In this document: in pieces, positions 36,900-44,353 of the stretch | Numbering within the stretch: the stretch's first letter is position 1 | Layout: each line of letters opens with the position of its first letter | Origin: Bdellovibrionota bacterium | Lineage (GTDB): Bacteria > Bdellovibrionota > Bacteriovoracia > Bacteriovoracales > Bacteriovoracaceae | Length of the DNA: 44,353 nucleotides | Reading direction: 5' to 3' | Assembly: GCA_030836365.1 (NCBI GenBank) | Contig: JAURQB010000208.1 | Span: 1-44,353, forward strand | Translations under genes and position numbers: made by a program | Notes under the pieces: generated by a model | Databases searched by the model: none | Seen by the model: only the letters and a program-made list of their open reading frames with translations | Told to the model about the DNA's origin: nothing

Positions 36900-37874
36900 C
36901 TAACTAATAGGATTGTAACACCGATACTCGTGAGTCTGAGACATTGACTCTACCGGAGGGTAACTCATTCGGCACTCATCTTTGGCCATCCAACATCGAG
37001 GATGAAAATGGCAACCTGCCGGAGGATTCATTGGGCTAGGAATATCACCTTCTAAAATAATTCTTTCTTTTGAAATGTTTGGATTTGGGTTTGGAATAGC
37101 ACTGAATAACGCTTTAGTGTAAGGATGTCTGGCCCCACCATATAGTTCGTGAGACTCAGCAACCTCAATCATATTACCAAGGTACATCACTGCAACTCTA
37201 TTTGAAATATACTCAACAACCTTCAAATCATGCGCAATAAACAAATAAGTTAACCCAAGTTCTTTTTGAAGATCCATTAACAAATTTACAACCTGCGCCT
37301 GAACTGAAACATCCAATGCTGAGACAGGTTCATCGCATACAATGAACTCAGGCTCAACTGCCAAAGCACGAGCGATACATACTCTTTGCCTCTGACCACC
37401 AGAAAATTCATGTGGATATTTATTAAGTGCATCTTTTGGAAGTTGAACGTACTCTAAAAGCTTATATAGTCTTTTTTGTCTCTCTTCTTTTGTTTTAAAG
37501 AGATTATGAATGATAAGAGGTTCCTCTAAAATTGAGCCGACAGTCATTCTCGGGTTTAGAGAGGCATATGGATCTTGAAAAATAATTTGCATTTTTCGGC
37601 GCATCGCCCTCATCTGATTTTTATTATAAGTTAAAATATCTTCACCATTAAACTTAACCTGTCCCGAAGTAGGCTCTATCAACCTTAAGATGCTTCTACC
37701 AAGAGTTGTTTTTCCGCAGCCTGACTCTCCAACAAGTCCTAGCGTCTCACCTTTCTTAATAGAAAATGATATATTGTTAACAGCATTAACTGCCCCGACT
37801 TCTCGGCCAAGAAGTCCTCCCTTGATTGGGAATCGTTTACATAAATTTTTTACTTCAATTAAATTTTCAGACAT
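36900..37874 (-). CDS. Opp/Dpp-type ABC transporter ATP-binding protein (OppF-like)
   Basis: Walker A GESGCGKTT, signature FSGGQRQR, Walker B FIVCDEPVSALD, and a C-terminal Cys-rich tail CHFHPRCWMAKDEC...C. Confidence 0.92.
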   Translation of the reverse strand: MSENLIEVKNLCKRFPIKGGLLGREVGAVNAVNNISFSIKKGETLGLVGESGCGKTTLGRSILRLIEPTSGQVKFNGEDILTYNKNQMRAMRRKMQIIFQDPYASLNPRMTVGSILEEPLIIHNLFKTKEERQKRLYKLLEYVQLPKDALNKYPHEFSGGQRQRVCIARALAVEPEFIVCDEPVSALDVSVQAQVVNLLMDLQKELGLTYLFIAHDLKVVEYISNRVAVMYLGNMIEVAESHELYGGARHPYTKALFSAIPNPNPNISKERIILEGDIPSPMNPPAGCHFHPRCWMAKDECRMSYPPVESMSQTHEYRCYNPIS

Positions 37875-37891
37875 TTCTTTTCAACCTTTAT

Positions 37892-38890
37892 CTACTGAAG
37901 AGGATTAAAACAACTTACTTTGTGACCTTCATTAACTTTCGTTAATGAAGGGCTTCCCTTACTTCCCCGACAATCTTCTGTGCTGAACTCACAGCGATCC
38001 TGGAAGCTACAACCTTCAGGGAGTTCGAATAAACTTGGTACCATCCCTTCAATTGTTGGCAGCCGACCCTTCGCCGCTCCTGAGGTAGAATCAAAGCTTG
38101 GAATGGACTCGATTAAACCTTTCGTATATGGATGCTTAGGATTATTGAAGATTGATTTCACATCACTTTTTTCGACAATTTTCCCACAGTACATAACCGC
38201 AACATCGTCGCAAGTTTCAGCAACGACACCAAGGTCATGGGTGATCATAATAATACCCATCCCTAAATCTTTTTGTAGCTTATTCATCAGCTCTAAAATC
38301 TGCGCTTGAATCGTTACATCTAGTGCAGTTGTAGGTTCATCTGCAATCAAAATATCAGGCTTACAAGCAAGGGCCATCGCAATCATCACACGTTGCCTCA
38401 TTCCCCCAGATAACTGATGAGGGTATTCTTTGTATCGCTTTTCTGGAGATGGTATTCCAACAAGGCTTAACATCTCAACACCCTTAACATGTCTATCCTC
38501 TTTGGATAATTCAGGTTGGTGTAATTTCAGAACCTCTTCAATTTGATTTCCGACATTAAATACTGGGTTTAAGCTGGTCATTGGCTCTTGAAAAATCATC
38601 GCAATTTTATTGCCTCTAATTTTCCTCATCTCTCCGACAGATTTATCTAGTAGGTTTTCGCCATGATATTTAATAATTCCACTTTTTACACGACCTGGTG
38701 GATTAGGTATTAGTCCCATAATTGCAAGTGCAGACACAGACTTACCTGAGCCAGACTCCCCTACTATGCCAATGGATTTTCCACGATATACCTCAAAATT
38801 TACGCCGTTTACTGCGGTGATGAGACCTCTATCAGTATTAAATTCAACGACAAGATCTTTAACTTCAAGAATTTTTTGATTTTCACTCAT
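37892..38890 (-). CDS. Opp/Dpp-type ABC transporter ATP-binding protein (OppD-like)
   Basis: Walker A GESGSGKS, signature LSGGMRQR, Walker [13 protein letters not shown], and a C-terminal [14 protein letters not shown]...C. Confidence 0.92.
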   Translation of the reverse strand: MSENQKILEVKDLVVEFNTDRGLITAVNGVNFEVYRGKSIGIVGESGSGKSVSALAIMGLIPNPPGRVKSGIIKYHGENLLDKSVGEMRKIRGNKIAMIFQEPMTSLNPVFNVGNQIEEVLKLHQPELSKEDRHVKGVEMLSLVGIPSPEKRYKEYPHQLSGGMRQRVMIAMALACKPDILIADEPTTALDVTIQAQILELMNKLQKDLGMGIIMITHDLGVVAETCDDVAVMYCGKIVEKSDVKSIFNNPKHPYTKGLIESIPSFDSTSGAAKGRLPTIEGMVPSLFELPEGCSFQDRCEFSTEDCRGSKGSPSLTKVNEGHKVSCFNPLQ

Positions 38891-38906
38891 TATCTAATAC
38901 CTTTAT

Positions 38907-39803
38907 TTATTTCTTACCTTTTAATTTAGGATCAAGAGCGTCTCTCAGAGCATCCCCTAAAATATTTAACGACAAAACGACAACAAACATGGCCAATGTC
39001 GCAGCTGCTAGCTGCCACCAAACACCTTGAGCGAGCTCTTGTTTAGCATCGTTAATCATTGTTCCCCAACTGGGTCTTCCCTGCACTCCTAATCCCAAGT
39101 AAGAAAGAATGACCTCTGATTTAATAGCAACCTGAAACTGGAGGGAAAAATTAATGATTACAATATGAAGGACATTAGGAACTATGTGTTTAAAAAGTTT
39201 TGTAAACTCACTCGCTCCAATCGAGGCTGCTGCATGAACATACTCTCGATCTTTATGGCGAATAACTTCGCCTCTTATCAATCGACATAGATTAACCCAA
39301 CTACTCAATCCAAGAGCAAGATAAACTGCAATCAATCCCTTACCTAAAATAAAAGTAATTGCCACTAGTAACATAATATAAGGGATACTAGTTACTGTTG
39401 TATAAAACCAAACAATTACTTCGTCTATTTTTCCACCAAAGTAGCCAGCAGTTGCCCCCAGAGCAACACCAATAATCATCGAAATCACTGCTGTTACAAG
39501 TCCAACAGACATCGCTACTTCAGTACCCTTAATCGTTTTAAGAAAAACGCTACGGCCAAACAGGTCAGTTCCAAAAATATGTTTTAAGCTTGGTGCAGAA
39601 TACCCATCTCCAAATTGCATATCCCAATTTCCTGCAATTACCTCAAGCCCCGATAAGATTGCAACTAATGCATATAAGCCGACGATGATAAAAGAAAATT
39701 TCGCAAAAGGATCAGCGATTAACTGATTGAAGGCGTGAACCCAAAGTGATTTTGATTTTTGTGTCTCACTTTCAACATTTGGCATTTTTTCAACTTGCTC
39801 CAC
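38907..39803 (-). CDS. Opp/Dpp-type ABC transporter permease (OppC-like)
   Basis: Polytopic, with an EAA-type loop (YVHAAASIGASEFTKLFKHIVPN). The start is either the GTG at 39803 or the ATG at 39785. Confidence 0.88.
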   Translation of the reverse strand: MEQVEKMPNVESETQKSKSLWVHAFNQLIADPFAKFSFIIVGLYALVAILSGLEVIAGNWDMQFGDGYSAPSLKHIFGTDLFGRSVFLKTIKGTEVAMSVGLVTAVISMIIGVALGATAGYFGGKIDEVIVWFYTTVTSIPYIMLLVAITFILGKGLIAVYLALGLSSWVNLCRLIRGEVIRHKDREYVHAAASIGASEFTKLFKHIVPNVLHIVIINFSLQFQVAIKSEVILSYLGLGVQGRPSWGTMINDAKQELAQGVWWQLAAATLAMFVVVLSLNILGDALRDALDPKLKGKK

Positions 39804-39811
39804 CTATAACC

Positions 39812-40753
39812 TCACTTCAACCGTACTCTAGGATCAACCAATGTATAAAGAACATCTGTGATAACGCTAAAAATAATATATGCAACAGCACTTAATACAG
39901 TCATCGCTCGAATAACAGGGAAGTCTGACGAATTAATTGCATTTAAAGTAATTCCCCCAAGACCAGGTATTCCGAAAAAACTCTCAATAAGTAACGCACC
40001 TAGAATCAAAAAAGGAATTTGAATTACAACATAAGTAATAATTGGAATCATTGCATTTTTGAGAACATGCTTAAAAAGTATCATTTTCTCACTCAATCCT
40101 TTTGCACGAGCTGTACGAACATAGTCTTGATAAATTTCGTCCAAAATTATCGTTCGATAAAAACGAACATCTGGTCCAAGATTAAGGACAACCCAAATTA
40201 AGACAGGAAGTAAAATGTAAGGGATAAAGTAGGGAAACCCAGGCTCATACCCAGAAATTTCAAATAGACCCAATTCATATGCTAAGAATTTTTGAGCAAA
40301 AAGAATGTAAGCAAGGGAGCTTATGGACATCATTGCAACACATGCAAAAACCATTATACGGTCAAGTTTACCACCCCTGAAAAAGCTAACAATCAAAGAA
40401 ACTGCGATCGATACAATCGTTGATAAAATAAAAGCAGGAATAGAAACGGTCAAACTTGGCATCGCACCAATTTTAATCATCTCAATAATTTCTTGCTTGG
40501 TGCTCCATGACCTGCCAAAGTCAAACGTGAAAGCAGATTTAACAATATCAAGGTATTGAGCAAAAAATGGTCTATCTAATCCAAGCTCTCGCTTAAGCTC
40601 TAGCATTTGCTTCGCCGTTGCGTGCTTACCAAGCAATAATTGAGTTGGATCTCCAGCGACCATATTAAAGAGCACAAAAATGATGAAACAGGTTCCGAGT
40701 AAGATCGGAACCACATAAAGAGTTCTTCTTATTATATAAGACCAAATGTTCAA
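39812..40753 (-). CDS. Opp/Dpp-type ABC transporter permease (OppB-like)
   Basis: N-terminus MNIWSYIIRRTLYVVPILLG and EAA loop YVRTARAKGLSEKMILFKHVLKNA. TTG start with GGGGGA 7 nt upstream. Confidence 0.88.
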   Translation of the reverse strand: MNIWSYIIRRTLYVVPILLGTCFIIFVLFNMVAGDPTQLLLGKHATAKQMLELKRELGLDRPFFAQYLDIVKSAFTFDFGRSWSTKQEIIEMIKIGAMPSLTVSIPAFILSTIVSIAVSLIVSFFRGGKLDRIMVFACVAMMSISSLAYILFAQKFLAYELGLFEISGYEPGFPYFIPYILLPVLIWVVLNLGPDVRFYRTIILDEIYQDYVRTARAKGLSEKMILFKHVLKNAMIPIITYVVIQIPFLILGALLIESFFGIPGLGGITLNAINSSDFPVIRAMTVLSAVAYIIFSVITDVLYTLVDPRVRLK

Positions 40754-40768
40754 GTTTTCCCCCAGCGA

Positions 40769-42535
40769 CTACAGCTTTTCTAATGCTTTCTTTTTCAACT
40801 CGAGATCAATATTCATGTATTTTTCAATTCCTGATTCAAAGTCAGTGTTAACAAAGTTTTTTACCCAGCCATGCTTTAAAAGATATGTTTGTCTATGAAC
40901 ACCATAAATAATTGGAACGCTTTCGGCTGCCATACGATTTAACTTCTCATATAAAGCTGTTCTCTCTGGCGAGTCTTGCATTCTGGAAGAAAGGGCAAAA
41001 AGCTTGTTAAACTCGTCATTGTTATACCCAGAACCATTTGCACCAGGTGCTTTATTTGGCCCGTAAAGAAGTTGCAGAAAGTTTTCGGCATCAGGATAGT
41101 CAGCCCCCCATGCAATTCCGTACATCATGACAGTTCTGTTCGTAATTTTTTTCTGTAATTCTGGCCATGGATTTTGAATCACTCTAATTTTAATACCAAT
41201 CTCAGCCATTCTCTTTCTGAAAAACTCACCCGTTTGTCGAGATACGGTTGAATTTGGGCAATCATAGGTAATTTCAGGAAGACCTTTTCCATCACGGTAA
41301 CCTGCTTTTGCAAGAAGCTTTTTTGCCTCATCGAGATTAGGTCCAACAAATGGGTTTTTATAGCTATCCATGTGTCCTGCAATTCCAGGAGGAACAATTG
41401 ATTGTGCTGGCATTGCCGTATTATTATAGAAAAGTTCATTTGATTTTTCGACATTATAAGCTAGAGACATAGCCCTTCTTAAATATACGTTTTGAAACAA
41501 AACATTATCATGATTGAAAGCCGTATATGTAACGTCTAATGAAGGAGTGATTAATAACTCAATTCCTTTTTTCTGTAGCTCGTCACTTATGCCATTTGAA
41601 GGCGTAACCGCACTATCAAAGTTATCTTTTGGGATACCAATGTAGTCAAGGTTTCCTTTTTGGAAATTTAGCCATCTTGGTTGATTTTCAATAATTACGT
41701 TAACAACTACCTTATCCACAAGCGGAAGTTTTTTTCCAGCATCAGCAAGGTACCCTTGAGATTTAAAGTCCTCTGTAGCATTAGAAGGATAAAACTTATC
41801 CCTAAAGTTAGGGTTTTTTGTGTAAGTGATTTTGTTACTTTGATCAAATTTATTTAAAACAAATGCGCCTGTACCTACTGGATGATTAAGAAATTCTTTT
41901 CCATAGTGCTCAACGACCTCTTTGGCGACGACGAAAGTGAAAGGCATTGCTAAGGAGTATAAGAATTGTGGAAACTCTCTACTTAACTTGAACTGAAGAG
42001 TATACTTGTCAACCGCTTTTACACCTTCAACTTCTTGAGAATAATCAACAGTCTCTTTACCCGAATTAGCTTCTCTCCAATCATTTAGGCCCTTGACCTT
42101 ACCATCGAGAATCCACCAACCAGTTGACTGAAGCTTCGGATCAGCGAGCCTCTTAATTGAATAAACAAAGTCTTCTGCAACAAGCTCTCTGCCTTTGCCA
42201 TTAGAGAAAGCAACATCATCGTGGAAAAACACACCAGGCATTATTTTGAATGTGTAGGTAAGACCATCAGCACTAACTTTAGGCATTTCTGAAGCAAGGT
42301 TTGGAACAAGAGTATAAGGTCTTTTGAGGTAATGGTATTCAAGCAATCCTTCATAAACCCTTGCGATCTCATTACTTGAGTAACGATCGTTCGCAAATAT
42401 TGGGTCCATCCCTTTGACTTTTTGAGGAACTGAAATTTGCAATTCCTTAATAGATAGATCTCGTTTTTTGGTACAGCCAGAACACAGCAGCACGAGAGGT
42501 ATCATTATACTAGCAAGTAACTTAAAATTATTCAT
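40769..42535 (-). CDS. ABC transporter substrate-binding lipoprotein, family 5 (peptide/nickel type)
   Basis: Lipobox LLCSGC|T. 588 aa. It is the first gene of the five-gene Opp/Dpp-type operon. AAGGAAG RBS. Confidence 0.88.
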   Translation of the reverse strand: MNNFKLLASIMIPLVLLCSGCTKKRDLSIKELQISVPQKVKGMDPIFANDRYSSNEIARVYEGLLEYHYLKRPYTLVPNLASEMPKVSADGLTYTFKIMPGVFFHDDVAFSNGKGRELVAEDFVYSIKRLADPKLQSTGWWILDGKVKGLNDWREANSGKETVDYSQEVEGVKAVDKYTLQFKLSREFPQFLYSLAMPFTFVVAKEVVEHYGKEFLNHPVGTGAFVLNKFDQSNKITYTKNPNFRDKFYPSNATEDFKSQGYLADAGKKLPLVDKVVVNVIIENQPRWLNFQKGNLDYIGIPKDNFDSAVTPSNGISDELQKKGIELLITPSLDVTYTAFNHDNVLFQNVYLRRAMSLAYNVEKSNELFYNNTAMPAQSIVPPGIAGHMDSYKNPFVGPNLDEAKKLLAKAGYRDGKGLPEITYDCPNSTVSRQTGEFFRKRMAEIGIKIRVIQNPWPELQKKITNRTVMMYGIAWGADYPDAENFLQLLYGPNKAPGANGSGYNNDEFNKLFALSSRMQDSPERTALYEKLNRMAAESVPIIYGVHRQTYLLKHGWVKNFVNTDFESGIEKYMNIDLELKKKALEKL

Positions 42536-42660
42536 GTAGCTTCCTTGTTTTAAATATCAAGACTTCGTAACACAACATCACAAAATATTGAAATATATAT
42601 GAATAAAATTGATAATTCTACATGGGAATTGGATTAATTTCACGCTAGTAACTAAAAATA

Positions 42661-43269
42661 TTACACTTGTGCACTGCACTTATTATATTCAAAAACCAGC
42701 TTTAATACAGAGCTGTTAAAAACTACTCCCTTATGCATCAAGTCTATTAAAAAAGAATTAGCCTTTCCTTTGCTTACCATTTGGCTTTCAGGAATAGAAA
42801 TATTTATCTGAAATAATTCTCCCTCAATAAGCGCTGGAGTCTTATTGTTACTCAAAATTATAGATTGAAGCTGACTTAGAAGATTAAAAATTTCGACAAC
42901 AGATATTTTATCGACATTGCTCCCCTTTTGAATAAATAGTAACAAGTTACTTATTGATGCAGGGTCATGCTTAGCGCCAATCTTGACAACCTTTTCACCA
43001 ACAAGAGGAAAGTTTAGACCGATAAGCCAAGAATCTTTCTTTGACAACGACTCATATTTAACAAAATGGTTCATTCCTGAAACTTCTATTTGCAACAAAC
43101 CTTCACCTGAGAGGCAAAGCGGAGGCAATGTATTTGAATCAATCTTACCAGTTGAGCACCCGGTGCAAATAAATAATATCAATCCCCAGTAATAGAGGCA
43201 GGCAAACGCTCGACGATTCTTTGCTCCATTACTTCTAAGATCTCTGTTCTTTGATTTTCTTCTTTGCAA
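42661..43269 (-). CDS. Hypothetical lipoprotein, possibly LolB/DUF4292-like
   Basis: Basic n-region and a hydrophobic core ending ICTGC|S. The mature part GEGLLQIEVSGMNHFVKYESLSKKDSWLIGLNFPLVGEKVVKI resembles the E. coli LolB segment RGAFAYIS...ARFFWQQ...YRLLLTNPLGSTELEL. The only candidate start I found by eye is the TTG at 43269, which overlaps the TPR gene by 91 nt. Start uncertain. Confidence 0.5.
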   Translation of the reverse strand: MQRRKSKNRDLRSNGAKNRRAFACLYYWGLILFICTGCSTGKIDSNTLPPLCLSGEGLLQIEVSGMNHFVKYESLSKKDSWLIGLNFPLVGEKVVKIGAKHDPASISNLLLFIQKGSNVDKISVVEIFNLLSQLQSIILSNNKTPALIEGELFQINISIPESQMVSKGKANSFLIDLMHKGVVFNSSVLKLVFEYNKCSAQV

Positions 43270-44353
43270 TTTTTTAGCGCCTCGACAAAGTATTTCTGTG
43301 CTTCTAAGTCATTATTTAATTTTTGATACACAAGGGCAAGATGCTTAGTAATAATGACGTCAGACTTTTGGGAGCTCCATGCTTTTTTTATCTCAACTAA
43401 TGCCTTCGAAAAATCACCAATTTTAAAAAAATACCATCCTAAACTATCTCGGATATAAGCATCATCAGGATCAATCTCTATCGCTTTTTTAATTAAAGAA
43501 TAAGCTTTGTCAAAATCACTTTCATTTTCAAGAATTAAGTAACCAACAAAATTAAGGGCATGAGCGTTCATGGGATTTTCTTCAATTACGCCCATCATTA
43601 AAGCTATTGCGTCTTTATACCGCTTCACCTTATCAAACAAGTTTGCTAAGAAATATTTTTGACTTATATCAAGGCTTTTTAATTCTTCCATTTTTCCTAC
43701 GGCCAACTCATACTTTTTGTAATGACCATAATAATAAGCCTCCGAAAAAGTTAAGGAGTTGATAAGCTTTTCCTGCTCTTCTTTTGAGATACGACCAATT
43801 GTACTTCTAATTTTTTGTATCTCTTTAAAATACTCCTGCTCTGAGATTGAAGAGACTAGCCCTCTTAAAAGCTTACTAATTTGTAGATTACTATCAAAAA
43901 ACAGATCTGAATTATTATCAATTCTTGAGTAGTAAACGATAGCTGTATCAAATTTTTCAATTTGCTGATAAAGGGCGCCTAAATAATAGAGGATTTTGTC
44001 ACTGTTAGGAGCGACAACAAGGACTTTTTCAAAAATATTTATCGCTTTTTTATACTCTTTTTTTTCAGTATACAGAATTCCAAGCTTAACCTTAAGATTA
44101 ACATTAGAATTATCCTGCCTTATAAGCTCTTCAATATAAGGAATAATATTTTCGAAATCCTCTAGAATAAATAGTGATTGAACCAGTCTGTTAAGTATAA
44201 CAATATTTTCTTCGTCCTTTTTCAGGTAGGACTTATAGACTTGTATCGCCCCTTCATAGTCTTCCGACTCCTCTTTTAATAAACCTCTGCCAAGGGCGGC
44301 TTGATAATATAAATTATCGACTTTCAGAGCTTTTTTAAAATACTTGTCTGAAA
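43179..44353 (-). CDS. Tetratricopeptide-repeat protein, partial (N-terminus beyond right window edge)
   Basis: The ORF track reports only 43179..43706, from a TTG. Hand translation of the same frame upstream has no stop up to position 44351 (SDKYFKKALKVDNLYYQAALGRGLLKEESEDYEGAIQVYKSYLKKDEENIVILNRLVQ...KKEYKKAINIFEKVLVVAPNSDKILYYLGALYQQIEKFDTAIVYY...). That sequence is classic TPR, so the gene extends off the window. Confidence 0.8.
   Translation of the reverse strand, partial: SDKYFKKALKVDNLYYQAALGRGLLKEESEDYEGAIQVYKSYLKKDEENIVILNRLVQSLFILEDFENIIPYIEELIRQDNSNVNLKVKLGILYTEKKEYKKAINIFEKVLVVAPNSDKILYYLGALYQQIEKFDTAIVYYSRIDNNSDLFFDSNLQISKLLRGLVSSISEQEYFKEIQKIRSTIGRISKEEQEKLINSLTFSEAYYYGHYKKYELAVGKMEELKSLDISQKYFLANLFDKVKRYKDAIALMMGVIEENPMNAHALNFVGYLILENESDFDKAYSLIKKAIEIDPDDAYIRDSLGWYFFKIGDFSKALVEIKKAWSSQKSDVIITKHLALVYQKLNNDLEAQKYFVEALKNCKEENQRTEILEVMEQRIVERLPASITGD

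Noticed and set aside
3469-43192. The remaining short track ORFs nested in known genes: 3469..3678, 5196..5408, 5282..5467, 8249..8461, 8721..8960, 10241..10480, 11278..11463, 12029..12274, 13087..13275, 15290..15574, 17384..17602, 23527..23736, 26240..26470, 27532..27792, 31474..31722, 32506..32730, 34710..34907, 37690..37908, 37980..38309, 40019..40201, 40323..40559, 40976..41158, 41179..41454 and 42983..43192.
   Set aside because: Each lies wholly or largely within a longer ORF with clear family motifs or better coding character, and none has a recognisable motif or RBS. I treat them as non-coding shadows.
1-44353. CRISPR arrays, transposases, IS elements, prophage genes, toxin-antitoxin pairs and known defence-system signatures.
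   Set aside because: No regularly spaced repeats were seen, and no ORF has DDE, tyrosine/serine-recombinase, Cas, nuclease-helicase or small paired TA-like features. The only unassigned large protein (825 aa) has no Walker A or nuclease motif, so an SMC/Lamassu-like or Zorya-like reading is not supported.

Overview
AT-rich, densely packed chromosomal segment from a Gram-negative bacterium. Gene content suggests a Bdellovibrio-like predatory lineage (Bacteriovoracales/Halobacteriovorax type), but that is inference only. I call about 45 protein genes, two of them cut by the window edges and absent or under-called in the ORF track, plus two tRNA-Leu genes. I saw no rRNA, CRISPR array, transposase, integrase or prophage signature. 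Most of the window is core housekeeping: motAB stator, leuS, a Na+/solute symporter, maeB, ridA, a DUF218 protein, yicC-gmk-spoT, engB, hemJ, msrB, a murG-like gene and a five-gene Opp/Dpp-type ABC importer. The parts I consider worth a second look are these. (1) A two-gene operon at 33540-36715 encodes an unrecognisable 825-aa REC-like/coiled-coil protein and a 234-aa degenerate HD-like protein, preceded by a FliA-type promoter-like box. (2) A secreted START-domain protein is translationally coupled to a TatT-type TPR lipoprotein and DctPQM, which makes a TPR-associated TRAP transporter. (3) A TAAG/TAAA-N15-17-CCGA(T/A)A box resembling sigma-28 promoters recurs upstream of motA, an orphan Hpt gene, the 234/825-aa operon and a GltS-like gene. 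In three of these the start codon lies only 7-9 nt downstream, so the mRNAs may be leaderless. (4) A HAD-UbiA (DPPR-synthase-like) fusion. (5) A LolB/DUF4292-like lipoprotein downstream of a long TPR protein. (6) An uncharacterised outer-membrane barrel cluster at the left edge. All motif and domain calls were made by eye from the sequence and translations. None is backed by a database search.
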